From the sequence record DRR378314_1077: a stretch of 40,551 bases of DNA; one strand, written 5' to 3'. A model generated the notes under the pieces. That model made no database searches, had not been told where the DNA came from, and saw only the letters and a list, made by a program, of their open reading frames with translations. Numbering within the stretch: the first letter of the stretch is position 1; each line of letters begins with the position of its first letter. A program made the translations under genes and the position numbers. Positions 9,199 through 18,418 of this stretch are shown in pieces.

Positions 9199-9858
9199 AT
9201 GACTAAACTGGCAAAAGATACGCGTTTACGCTATGATGAAGGATGTTTGGTTTCCCATGCATTGAACTTGATTGGGGATCGGTGGGCGTTGCTGGTTGTG
9301 CGCGAGCTGATGTTCGCCCCTAAACGTTTTCAGATGATCCGTTCCGGTATACCGGGTGTTACAGCGAGTGTATTGACCGGGCGGCTCAATCAGCTTGTAC
9401 AAGCCGGAGTGATCGATCACGACGACCGATTTGGCATCTATACCCTTACTGAATCTGGGCGAAACTTACTTCCTGTTCTTGAGGCATACTGCCGTTGGGC
9501 CTTGACGATGCCGGGGCACGACCCATCGCGGTTTATCAGTCCTTCGGCGCTGATGATTTCCATGGGGGTTAATCTGAGTTCTGAATTATCGCAGGGGAGA
9601 GTGGTATTGGCAGGATTTGATTTTGCTAGCGAAGCCTTCGAAATGCAATTAGACGCTGGGCAACTCAAAACCAGGTCGGTGAGTAAGCCCAAGGCTCCAT
9701 TTGTGCTTTCTGGGAATGGAAACACTCTAGCAGCAGCCGTCTACGGCACCACCTCACTGCCTGTCTTGTGCCAGCAAGGTAGCGTCAGTGTCGATGGGGA
9801 TGCTGAGGCAGCAGAAGATTTCCTCACACTGTTCCGACTTGGAGCTGGGGCTGTTTGA
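9199..9858 (+). CDS. HxlR-family winged-helix transcriptional regulator with C-terminal (SCP2-like) domain
   Basis: Motifs YDEGC..SHALNLIGDRWALLVVRELM..PKRF, LTGRLNQL and YTLTESG; divergent from the DUF1428/VOC genes. Confidence 0.88.
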   Translation: MTKLAKDTRLRYDEGCLVSHALNLIGDRWALLVVRELMFAPKRFQMIRSGIPGVTASVLTGRLNQLVQAGVIDHDDRFGIYTLTESGRNLLPVLEAYCRWALTMPGHDPSRFISPSALMISMGVNLSSELSQGRVVLAGFDFASEAFEMQLDAGQLKTRSVSKPKAPFVLSGNGNTLAAAVYGTTSLPVLCQQGSVSVDGDAEAAEDFLTLFRLGAGAV

Positions 9859-9963
9859 AGAGAGTTGGCAAATTTAACTATTACCGGTGACCCAAGTACC
9901 GTCAAAAATTTTTGAATACTGAGCAGAATTACTTATGCATTTGCGTGCAACAGCAAATAAAGA

Positions 9964-9985
9964 TGGTTGCGTGCCCCCAAAACCA
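9964..9985 (+). other. Degenerate tRNA-Met 3'-end-like sequence (possible integration att scar)
   Basis: TGCCCCCAAAACCA (9972-9985) differs at 2 positions from the typical tRNA-fMet end TGCCCCCGCAACCA. It is directly preceded by TGGTTGCG (reverse complement of CGCAACCA) and followed by a strong terminator. No full cloverleaf is present. Confidence 0.4.
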
Positions 9986-9993
9986 AATCAATT

Positions 9994-10016
9994 AAACCCG
10001 CCATCCGGCGGGTTTT
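9994..10016. terminator. Rho-independent terminator, probably bidirectional
   Basis: AAACCCGCC-ATCC-GGCGGGTTT(T): perfect 9-bp stem between convergent genes. Confidence 0.8.
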
Positions 10017-10086
10017 GTTGATTATGATAGTGGAAGCTCGATGTGTGACTCTTTTCTCAGAAAATAACTCCATCAAGAGCCATCGA

Positions 10087-11370
10087 TCAGGTTTCTATGG
10101 CTTCAAGTCCGCACCAGTCTGCAATGAATAGGGCTATTGCGCCGGTGATCAGTTTGAGGGAGTTGAGGCTGACGCGTTCATCAAAGCCGTGAATGTTGTC
10201 TGAAACCGGACCATAAACCAAACAAGGGCAATTATCATACAGCATGAAGACACGGCCATCCAAGTAGGCTTGAGACACGGTCGTTTCCAAGTTGGCTTGA
10301 AAACTTGCGGTATGCGCTTTGCCAAGGCATTCTTCTGCCTCACTGCCTTCTTCAAGAATATATCCTTGAGCAAAGAAGCCATTATATTCTATTTCCGGCC
10401 GCAAGTTGGTTAATCCGGGTTCGGCAGCGCAGATTTTATCGATACAGTGTTCAATTTCAACCGCAGCATCCCGAGGGTCAACGCCAGGGTATATGGCGAC
10501 CCGCATATCAACCGAACACCAAGCCGGAACGGAAGAGGCCCAGTCACCGCCCTGGATTTTGCCGACATTAAAATTGATGGGATGGTCCAGATCCGCGAAA
10601 TGAGGATGATCAAGGCGTCGCTCATTCCATTCCTGTTCCAACGATTTTAGGCCAGAGATAATCTTATAAGCGGCTTCGATTGCATTATAACCGCTGCCGG
10701 CGTCACTCACATGAACGGGTATGCCGCGCACATGGAAGCGAAACCAAATGACACCCACATTTGCGCGAGTGAGTTTATTGTTCATAGGTTCCGGTATGAT
10801 TGCGGCGTCAGCTTTATACCCCCGCATGAGGCACGATAACGCGCCATTACCAGTGCACTCTTCTTCGGTTACGGATTGGATATAAACCGATGATGCAGGC
10901 TGTAAGCCGAGTTTTCTTAAAGAATCCAGCGCAAATATATTTGCCGAAATTCCGGCTTTCATATCTCCTGAACCACGACCATAAAGCCAGTCGCCGTCAA
11001 TCTTCGGCTTATAGGGTGGGGAAGTCCAGAGATCTATTGGTCCGGTTGGAACCACATCAATGTGTCCGTTGAGGATTAGGGAGCGTTTGGCTTCTTTTTG
11101 AGGGCGGTGAATTCCGACGACATTAATTGCATTCTCGTATGAGGTTTTGACCGGAGAGAAACCTGGATGGTGAGAAATCTCATCCACATCAATGGCCCAG
11201 CGATCCATCGCATAGCCTCTCTCTTGTAGGGCTTGGTATACATAATCCTGAGCCGTGTGTTCTTGCCCTCTTACTGACGGAAATCGGACTAAATCTTGAG
11301 TGAAAGAAACCTGATCATCAAACTGTGCGTCAACGGCCTCCAGGATTTGAGATTTTAGCTTTTCGTTCAT
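10087..11370 (-). CDS. ArgE/DapE-family M20 deacylase (acetylornithine deacetylase-like)
   Basis: Motifs LNGHIDVVP, YGRGSGDMKAG, VTEEECTG, IPEP and IHGFDERV (dinuclear metal ligands). Confidence 0.92.
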   Translation of the reverse strand: MNEKLKSQILEAVDAQFDDQVSFTQDLVRFPSVRGQEHTAQDYVYQALQERGYAMDRWAIDVDEISHHPGFSPVKTSYENAINVVGIHRPQKEAKRSLILNGHIDVVPTGPIDLWTSPPYKPKIDGDWLYGRGSGDMKAGISANIFALDSLRKLGLQPASSVYIQSVTEEECTGNGALSCLMRGYKADAAIIPEPMNNKLTRANVGVIWFRFHVRGIPVHVSDAGSGYNAIEAAYKIISGLKSLEQEWNERRLDHPHFADLDHPINFNVGKIQGGDWASSVPAWCSVDMRVAIYPGVDPRDAAVEIEHCIDKICAAEPGLTNLRPEIEYNGFFAQGYILEEGSEAEECLGKAHTASFQANLETTVSQAYLDGRVFMLYDNCPCLVYGPVSDNIHGFDERVSLNSLKLITGAIALFIADWCGLEAIET

Positions 11371-11415
11371 AGCGTCTCTTTTCTGATTAGTCTTGATAGA
11401 GAAATAGCCAGAGGG

Positions 11416-12288
11416 TCAATCCTCAAAAACACCAAAGGCGGATTGAAGTTCTCCCATTTGATTGATGCGCTCATTCAATGCTGCTTTAGTCTCATGCGCA
11501 ATTTGATCGGAAATGAGGCTTAGTAGACTGACAAATGGCAACTGACTATCCCAAAAAAGCTGACTCTCCGTATTGAGTGCGAAGACATTGGATGTGTAGT
11601 CGCGGGCCCAGTAACAATGTTGATCACAAATAATGATGACATCAATCCCCTTCTTTTGGGCCATTTCAGCAAGCTTTAGACTATATTTTGTATAACGTCT
11701 CATTTCGAATAAAATGAGGATGGGTTTCTTCGCGGACCCAACAAAAAGAGGTGCAAAAGTTCCATCGCCGCTGGCTAAAAAATTGACGTCAGGTCTCAAG
11801 TATTGCAAGCGGGCGCAGAAATCTGAGGCGATCCCTTCCAGTGTCTGAAAACCTGTTACGAAGACGGCGTCGGCGGAAATTATCTTTTCAATACTGTCTC
11901 GCCAAACCTCACTACCGATAAATTCATAAACAGCTATCTGGGCTTCAATATCACGCTGTAGGTTGGCTTGTAGGTCCTGACCTTCTCCACTGTGTTTGTT
12001 AAGGTTCTTCAGGCGATCCGTCACCATGAATCCTGGATTGATGGATTGGCTTCGCAAATCTTCTTTAAGATCTCTAAGGCGTTCATAGCCGATTGAACGC
12101 AAAAATCGGCCGACAGTCATTTGACTGACCCCGACCTTCTCGGCAATTGTGGCGCCCGTTTCGAACGGTATTTGCCTTAAATTTGCAAGCACATAGGCGG
12201 CGATTTCGCGCTCAGATTTGGTGAAGTCAGCAAAGTGTTTTTCAATTATTTTGACAGGGTCGCGCGTCAAATTCTCATTCCTCTGCAA
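11416..12288 (-). CDS. MurR/RpiR-family transcriptional regulator (HTH + SIS)
   Basis: FTKSEREIAAYVL...IAEKVGVSQMTVGRFLRSIGY HTH and SIS-like C-terminus; start overlaps the amidase stop by 14 nt. Confidence 0.9.
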   Translation of the reverse strand: MQRNENLTRDPVKIIEKHFADFTKSEREIAAYVLANLRQIPFETGATIAEKVGVSQMTVGRFLRSIGYERLRDLKEDLRSQSINPGFMVTDRLKNLNKHSGEGQDLQANLQRDIEAQIAVYEFIGSEVWRDSIEKIISADAVFVTGFQTLEGIASDFCARLQYLRPDVNFLASGDGTFAPLFVGSAKKPILILFEMRRYTKYSLKLAEMAQKKGIDVIIICDQHCYWARDYTSNVFALNTESQLFWDSQLPFVSLLSLISDQIAHETKAALNERINQMGELQSAFGVFED

Positions 12289-13711
12289 AAATTTCTGAAG
12301 TTTTGTCGAACCACGGAAGCTCAGTTTCTAGTTGACCTGCTAATCTAAGCAGCAGATCTTCCCTCCCAACGGCTGCCGAAAACATCATGCCAATGGGTAT
12401 ATTATCCCTACTCCAGAAAAGGGGAACAGACATACTAGGTTGGCCTGACATATTCTCAATATTAGTGAAGGGCGAAAACTCCAAAATTGCTTTTCTGTAG
12501 GCATCCTGATCGGGGTTGCTCATGGATTGAGGCCCTAACTTGACAGCGGGTTTGGCAAGTGTAGGGCTCAGAAGTATATCAAAACGTTCGTGAAACTGTG
12601 CCATTTCCCGTCCGAGCTGATGGATGATTTTTAACGCGTTTGGATAAGCTTCGGGCGTTAGGGATTTGGCAAATTCAATTGCGTTCCAAGTTACCGCCTC
12701 TACATCTTTATCCGTTAGCTCATGCCCCAGGTCATTAGCTCTTTTTTGAAGGGTGGCATAAACATTCGCGGCAACAAGTGTCCAGGATGCTATCCCTAAT
12801 TCTGCAGGATCACCCGGTGGTTGGACTTCATGTATCTGATGGCCCAGTTTTTGAAGCAGATCAATCGTTTTATCTAGCGCTTCAAGACAATCAGGGTCGA
12901 CGGGGACCCCAGACAAAGGGGCTCTTTGGACCGCTATGTTTAATATGCGGGGAGGGGCGTTAACCTCCTGAACATATGATCCTGAAAAATGAGGGGCAAA
13001 ATAGGGATCTCCCGGCGCGGGGCCGTGTGATATGTCCAGAAATAAAGCGCTGTCGCGAACGGATCTGGTTAAAACATGTGCGGTGCCCATGCTTCCCCAA
13101 CCCTCTCCAACTAACGGTCCAAGAGGAATGCGAGCTCGAGTCGGTTTCAGGCCGAATAGCCCGCAGCAGGAGGCCGGGATGCGGATAGAACCACCGCCAT
13201 CACTGCCATGTGCTGCAGGTACAATCCCGGATGCAATAGCAGCAGCCGTGCCGCCAGATGAACCGCCCGCAGTTCGCTCAAGATGCCAAGGATTGTGGGT
13301 TGTGCCAAAAAGGGCCGTTTCTGTGGATGCAGCCAACCCCATCTCCGGCGTATTGGTTTTGCCGAAAATATTGAGGCCTGCTGCCTTGTAGCGAGATACA
13401 AGTGTTGAGTTAGTTGTTTGGACAAAGTCACTAAAGAGCTTGGATCCCATTGATGATATGGTGCCCGCCATGGACCCGGAGATGTCCTTTAGTAGAAATG
13501 GTACCCCATAAAGCGGTCCATTCGGCAGCCCGGATTTCAACGCAGCCCGTGCCAGATCATAATGTTTTTGGACAACTGCGTTAACTTTAGGGTTGATTTT
13601 CTCAGCCCGTGTAATGGCTGTCTCCAGGAGTTCTTCTGGTGAAACCTCCTTCTGGCGCACAAGATCCGCTAATCCTGTTGCATCATAGCTGGCATATTCT
13701 TTGTAATGCAT
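12275..13711 (-). CDS. Amidase-signature family amidase (NylA/6-aminohexanoate-cyclic-dimer hydrolase-like)
   Basis: GVPFLLKD (catalytic Lys), GKTNTPE, AGGSSGG and SDGGGSIRIPAS (Ser-cisSer-Lys triad). Confidence 0.93.
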   Translation of the reverse strand: MHYKEYASYDATGLADLVRQKEVSPEELLETAITRAEKINPKVNAVVQKHYDLARAALKSGLPNGPLYGVPFLLKDISGSMAGTISSMGSKLFSDFVQTTNSTLVSRYKAAGLNIFGKTNTPEMGLAASTETALFGTTHNPWHLERTAGGSSGGTAAAIASGIVPAAHGSDGGGSIRIPASCCGLFGLKPTRARIPLGPLVGEGWGSMGTAHVLTRSVRDSALFLDISHGPAPGDPYFAPHFSGSYVQEVNAPPRILNIAVQRAPLSGVPVDPDCLEALDKTIDLLQKLGHQIHEVQPPGDPAELGIASWTLVAANVYATLQKRANDLGHELTDKDVEAVTWNAIEFAKSLTPEAYPNALKIIHQLGREMAQFHERFDILLSPTLAKPAVKLGPQSMSNPDQDAYRKAILEFSPFTNIENMSGQPSMSVPLFWSRDNIPIGMMFSAAVGREDLLLRLAGQLETELPWFDKTSEIFAEE

Positions 13712-13735
13712 CCGAACGACCCTGAAATTTTGTCT

Positions 13736-13784
13736 TGTTTATTTTATAACATTTATTGACATAATGAGATTTTTATAACATTGT
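13736..13784. promoter_or_regulatory. Divergent promoter with two related operator-like boxes
   Basis: TGTTTATTTTATAACA (13736-13751) and TGAGATTTTTATAACA (13765-13780), sharing TTTTATAACATT at a 29-nt period, flank a TTGACA at 13756-13761. Confidence 0.55.
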
Positions 13785-13900
13785 CGCTCCAGGTGGACAA
13801 CTCCTGTTTTAAAAAATATATGCCACAGTTTTGCTGCAAGGTGCAGGGGAGCTTCACCGAACGGGGAGAGTAATTGTTTTAAATGGATTGGGAGCTGCTA

Positions 13901-15526
13901 ATGATTAAGAGCATGATAGCAAAACATCGGACAATGGGATTTGTCTTAAGCGTCGTGGCTGCGACAAGCTTTGGCACCTATAGTGCGAAAGCTGACGATG
14001 TTATTGCCTGGGGAAAAACGGCTGATGTCACCAGCATGGATGTCCATATCGCCGGTACCGTTGCCTCATGGACAATGTATCAGATGGTATATGAAACACT
14101 TCTGACAACAGATGCAGAGATGAACTTAAAGCCGGGTCTGGCGAAAAGCTGGTCGCAGACTTCGCCAACGACTTATCAACTGAAACTGCAAGACAATGCA
14201 AAGTGGTCCAATGGTCGAGCAGTGACTGCTGACGATGTGATCGGAAGTCTTCGCCGTATTACAGGGCATGAAATGAACCCGGATGGCGTTGCCGCTGCGA
14301 AAACGGATGACGATAAAGCGGCTGCGAGCCAAAAGATTTCCTCATACTGGGCCCGCCAGTTTGGTGTTATCAAGAATATGAGTGCCCCTGACAATAAGAC
14401 AGTCATTGTTGAGTTGGAAGAGCCGCATACGGCATTTCTGCCAGCATTGGCCCATATTTCAGCGGCAATTATTCCCATTAAGGAGATGCAGGACGGAACA
14501 TTCGACCCTGCCACCGAAATGATGGGCTCTGGCCCGTTTATGATTAAAGAACATAAACCAAAGGAAAGCTGGACGCTGGTTAAAAATCCACACTACTGGA
14601 AAAAGGGGCAGCCCAAGGCAAGTCAAATTATTGTCCCAATCATTCCAGATGAAGCTGCCCGTATCGCAGCATTAAGAGATGGGCGTATTGATTACGCCAG
14701 TTTTGCCAACCCCGATATTAAACGCCTTGTTGCGGGTGACGAAAATCTGAAAGTGACATCGCAAAAAACTTCAAATTATTTCCGTATGGATATTAATGCG
14801 TTGTCAGATAAATCCGCATTTAAAGACAAACGTGTTCGCCAAGCAATGAACCTTGCAATTGACCGGAATGCCATTGCGAATATTGTCTTTGCTGGTACCA
14901 CTCAACCTGATTATCCTGTTCCGGCGGCGTTTGGCAAAGATGCGTGCAAGGATACAGATGCATATGCATTGTCGCGCGATGAAAAACTGGCCAAAGCCAA
15001 AACACTTATTGCCGCAACCGGAAAAGAGAGTGTGGATGTCAGTGTCATTGCACCCGCAAGTGATCCGATTTATGCGCGGATCGCGCAGGTGGTGCAGCAG
15101 AATGTTAAACAAGTTGGTATTAACGTCGAGATTCTACAACTGCCTACCGCTGAGTATCTATCTCGTGTGTTTACCAAAGGCGATTTTGATGCGTCATTGT
15201 CTTGGCTTGCGGGTTACAGTGATCCAACCATGGTAATTTCCTGGTGGAACCCAAAATTTGCAGTTTGGAACGGTGTTTTTCATGAATATGTTCCGGAATT
15301 AGCCGAAGCATTAACAGAAGTCAAAAAAGCGCCAAGCGGTGATGAGAGAGATGGCCAACTTGCTGAAGTTTGCCGCTTGATCCAGGATGGATCCAACATT
15401 CTGGCACTTGTAAGTAAGGTTGATTTTATTGTTCAGCGTACAGACAAGATTGACTTAAAAGTTGATCCAGTGTCCGGATCTTCAAATACCTTCCAGTATG
15501 TATCTGAATATAAATCTCTCGATTAA
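13901..15526 (+). CDS. Peptide/nickel-type ABC transporter substrate-binding protein (SBP family 5)
   Basis: Signal peptide ending ..SAKA; motifs VYETLL, PGLAKSW, KWSNGRAVTADDV, GSGPF, NPHYW and VRQAMNLAIDR. The ATG at 13901 has a GGAG RBS (alternative start 13883). Confidence 0.92.
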   Translation: MIKSMIAKHRTMGFVLSVVAATSFGTYSAKADDVIAWGKTADVTSMDVHIAGTVASWTMYQMVYETLLTTDAEMNLKPGLAKSWSQTSPTTYQLKLQDNAKWSNGRAVTADDVIGSLRRITGHEMNPDGVAAAKTDDDKAAASQKISSYWARQFGVIKNMSAPDNKTVIVELEEPHTAFLPALAHISAAIIPIKEMQDGTFDPATEMMGSGPFMIKEHKPKESWTLVKNPHYWKKGQPKASQIIVPIIPDEAARIAALRDGRIDYASFANPDIKRLVAGDENLKVTSQKTSNYFRMDINALSDKSAFKDKRVRQAMNLAIDRNAIANIVFAGTTQPDYPVPAAFGKDACKDTDAYALSRDEKLAKAKTLIAATGKESVDVSVIAPASDPIYARIAQVVQQNVKQVGINVEILQLPTAEYLSRVFTKGDFDASLSWLAGYSDPTMVISWWNPKFAVWNGVFHEYVPELAEALTEVKKAPSGDERDGQLAEVCRLIQDGSNILALVSKVDFIVQRTDKIDLKVDPVSGSSNTFQYVSEYKSLD

Positions 15527-15537
15527 TACTCTGAGTT

Positions 15538-15569
15538 TCGGAAGGAATGTGGCGAAATGTTCCTTCCGA
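15538..15569 (+). other. Intergenic hairpin after the SBP gene (mRNA-stabilising or attenuating)
   Basis: TCGGAAGGAA...TTCCTTCCGA 10-bp perfect stem without a U-tract, between the SBP and permease genes. Confidence 0.55.
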
Positions 15570-15618
15570 TATTCACTCAACAGCTTTCACATCTCGGGTA
15601 TGGTTCAGGTAAAATAAA

Positions 15619-16590
15619 ATGCGGATTGCCTATTTTTTAATTCCTCGTTTGCTGATCGCCGCGTTAACAATATTTGGCGTCTCCTTGCTTGTTTTCATAT
15701 CTCTCAGGTTAATTCCTGGTGAGTATGCGGATATCATTCTTGGACCTTTTGCATCACCCGAAATGCGGGAGATGTTAAGTGCCAAATATGGCCTTGATGA
15801 ACCTGTTGTTATTCAGTTTTTCAAATGGATTGGCGCGTTGGTAACCGGTGATTTCGGGGTATCGATGGCGACAAATATGCCTGTCCTGGATGAGTTGCTG
15901 CGCCGTGCGCCGGTAACCGCCCAATTGGCCTGCATGACGTTAATTCTTGCTGTTGGTATCGGTTTTCCTTTGGGGTTGCGCAGTGGATTAAGTGCCAGTG
16001 CAAAAGCGGGCCGCGGCAGCGGAGGCCGATTAGTCGGCGCGATGGGCGCCAGCGTGCCGGATTTCGTTATTGGAAGCGCCCTGATCTTTATATTCTCCAA
16101 ATGGTCGCTCGGCCTAAAAGTGGGCGGGTACGTTCCTTTGAGTGAAGGTGTCTTCGAAAATCTGAAGACAATGGTTTTACCAACCATATCATTGAGTGTG
16201 TTCGGAGTAGCCCTGATCCTTAGAACAACACGCGACTCAGTTCTTCGAACAATGACAGATGGACATATTTTAGCGGCTATCGGACGCGGTGAACCCCCCG
16301 CTCGAATTGTACGTCATCACGTCGTTAAAAATGCCGCGATCCCTATCGTAACCGTCGTCGCGACCTATTTTGGCTTTCTGCTCGGTGGAACTGTAATTGC
16401 AGAAGTCCTCTTTTCCATCCCAGGTATTGGTTATTACATTTTTAGCTCATTAGAAGAGCGGGACTATGCGGTAGTCCAAGCTGGTGTGATGCTGGCCGCA
16501 TTTGTGTTCGTGTTTCTTAACATGCTTGCGGATCTGACTTATGCGCTACTTGATCCTCGAATTGGTTCAACACAGTCCAAGACATCATGA
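15619..16590 (+). CDS. Peptide-type ABC transporter permease (DppB-like)
   Basis: Motifs YGLDEP, GDFGVS, HVVKNA, EVLFSIPGIG, RDYAVVQ and YALLDPRI. Confidence 0.93.
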   Translation: MRIAYFLIPRLLIAALTIFGVSLLVFISLRLIPGEYADIILGPFASPEMREMLSAKYGLDEPVVIQFFKWIGALVTGDFGVSMATNMPVLDELLRRAPVTAQLACMTLILAVGIGFPLGLRSGLSASAKAGRGSGGRLVGAMGASVPDFVIGSALIFIFSKWSLGLKVGGYVPLSEGVFENLKTMVLPTISLSVFGVALILRTTRDSVLRTMTDGHILAAIGRGEPPARIVRHHVVKNAAIPIVTVVATYFGFLLGGTVIAEVLFSIPGIGYYIFSSLEERDYAVVQAGVMLAAFVFVFLNMLADLTYALLDPRIGSTQSKTS

Positions 16591-17438
16591 AAATACTGAT
16601 TTCAAACGCAAGGCGCTTTTTATTCGGAGATCTCCTTGGCGGCGTGGGATTCTCGCTGCTTCTGATATTTAGTATTCTTGGGTTTTTTGGGCCCTATCTG
16701 CCCATCGGGGATGCTTTGACAATTGGCGCGGGACCTCGTCTGGGGGCGCCCAGTCTGCAGTTTTTGTTGGGTACAGATGATTTGGGGCGAGACTACTTAC
16801 CGCGAGTAGTTGAAGGCATAGGAGTAACGTTTTTATTGTCTTCGATAGCGGTAATGATCACCGCTGTTATTGGGACTCTCCTTGGTATGCTCGCCGGATA
16901 TCTACATGGGTTTACAGACAGTTTCATTGCACGTTTTGCCGATATTCTCCTGGCGTTTCCGGCTCTGTTGTTCGGATTGTTGACATCAGCTGTTATCGGC
17001 CCAGGCCAACTCTCGGCAATCGTTGTGATCTCGGCAGCCACAATTCCGCTATTTATTCGCGTGATACGGTCAGTGACATTGTCTGTAGCGGAAAGAGAAT
17101 TTGTAACGGCAGCCGTTGTCGCAGGGGCATCTACATGGCGGGTGATGATTGTACATATTCTGCCAAATATCCTGGGAGCCGCCATAATTCAGCTAACATA
17201 TGCCTTATCTGTCAGCATGATTATTGAAAGCGCGTTGAGCTTCTTAGGTCTGGGTGTGCAGCCTCCCGATGCGTCCTTAGGCTCCCTTCTAAGATTGGGA
17301 AGTGTGTATCTAACAATCTCCCCATGGCTTGTCCTGGCACCAGGTATCGTTTTGGCATTAGCGATCATGGCGGTGAATATTTTAGGTGATAGTATTCGAG
17401 ACGCGCTGGAACCACTTCGAGGGAGGCCATTGACATGA
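16587..17438 (+). CDS. Peptide-type ABC transporter permease (DppC-like)
   Basis: Motifs LGTDDLGRD, EREFVTAA..AGAS, HILPN and LSFLGLGVQPP; ATGA overlap with the upstream gene. Confidence 0.93.
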   Translation: MKILISNARRFLFGDLLGGVGFSLLLIFSILGFFGPYLPIGDALTIGAGPRLGAPSLQFLLGTDDLGRDYLPRVVEGIGVTFLLSSIAVMITAVIGTLLGMLAGYLHGFTDSFIARFADILLAFPALLFGLLTSAVIGPGQLSAIVVISAATIPLFIRVIRSVTLSVAEREFVTAAVVAGASTWRVMIVHILPNILGAAIIQLTYALSVSMIIESALSFLGLGVQPPDASLGSLLRLGSVYLTISPWLVLAPGIVLALAIMAVNILGDSIRDALEPLRGRPLT

Positions 17439-18418
17439 GTGCGTTGGTGCAAATCAAAAATTTGACCATCGCCTATCAAATGGCAGAGACGGCTATCTAT
17501 GCGGTTGATGCTGTCACTTTGGATATCAAGCAAGGCGAAACTATTGGTATCGTTGGTGAAAGTGGATCTGGGAAATCCACATTGGGGATGGCTATCGGTA
17601 AGTTGCTGGCGCAAAATGCGATTGTTAAGGGTGGACAAATTACCATTGGAACCGATCATGTACAGGATTGCTCAGACGAGGACCTTCGGAGGATCCGCCG
17701 GGATCGCTTAGGGTTTGTTTTTCAAAACCCAATGAGCGCCTTGGATCCGACAATGCGGATTGAGAAACAAGTCAGTTTGGCTTTTGCACGTAAATCCACC
17801 TCAAATGAGCGGTTAAGTCTGCTCCGGCGATCTGGGTTGGAGGATGCGGCGCAGGTCGCAAAAAGCTATCCGCATGAGCTTTCTGGTGGGATGGCACAGC
17901 GTGTTGTAATTGCCTTGTCAATCGCCCGTAACCCGGAACTGATCATTGCAGATGAGCCAACGGCTTCTTTGGATGCATCTATTCAGGATAAGATTTTGGA
18001 TTTGATGATCCAGTTAAGAGATGAAGCGGGCGCAAGTATGGTTCTGCTCAGCCATGACTTGGGCATGGTCGCCAAACGATGTGATCGAGTCGCTGTCATG
18101 TATGGGGGCCGTATCGTCGAGATAGGCAGCAGTAAAACCGTATTTGAACAGCCCAAGCATCCCTATACTCGGGCTTTAATTAAGGCGGCTGCCGGAAACG
18201 AAAAACCGGGTGGCCGGCTTGAACCTATTGGGGGGGTGCCGCCGGTCTTAAGGACGTCGCCGACATATTGTGCTTTCGCGGATCGGTGTGAATTTGCCAA
18301 GGATATCTGTGTTTCAAAGAGGCCCGAAGCGCACGCCGAAGAAGAAGTCATGGTGACTTGTCATTTTGAGGCGAGGCAACTCACGCAGGATAAACTAGCT
18401 GATGAGGTCCGTAGATAA
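17435..18418 (+). CDS. Peptide-type ABC transporter ATP-binding protein (DppD-like)
   Basis: Walker A GESGSGKS, signature LSGGM, Walker B IIADEPT, HPYT and C-terminal Cys cluster. Confidence 0.95.
   Translation: MSALVQIKNLTIAYQMAETAIYAVDAVTLDIKQGETIGIVGESGSGKSTLGMAIGKLLAQNAIVKGGQITIGTDHVQDCSDEDLRRIRRDRLGFVFQNPMSALDPTMRIEKQVSLAFARKSTSNERLSLLRRSGLEDAAQVAKSYPHELSGGMAQRVVIALSIARNPELIIADEPTASLDASIQDKILDLMIQLRDEAGASMVLLSHDLGMVAKRCDRVAVMYGGRIVEIGSSKTVFEQPKHPYTRALIKAAAGNEKPGGRLEPIGGVPPVLRTSPTYCAFADRCEFAKDICVSKRPEAHAEEEVMVTCHFEARQLTQDKLADEVRR

Noticed and set aside
9960-9990. Intact tRNA gene
   Set aside because: Only a degenerate 3'-end-like fragment; no D-arm, anticodon arm or TTC loop.
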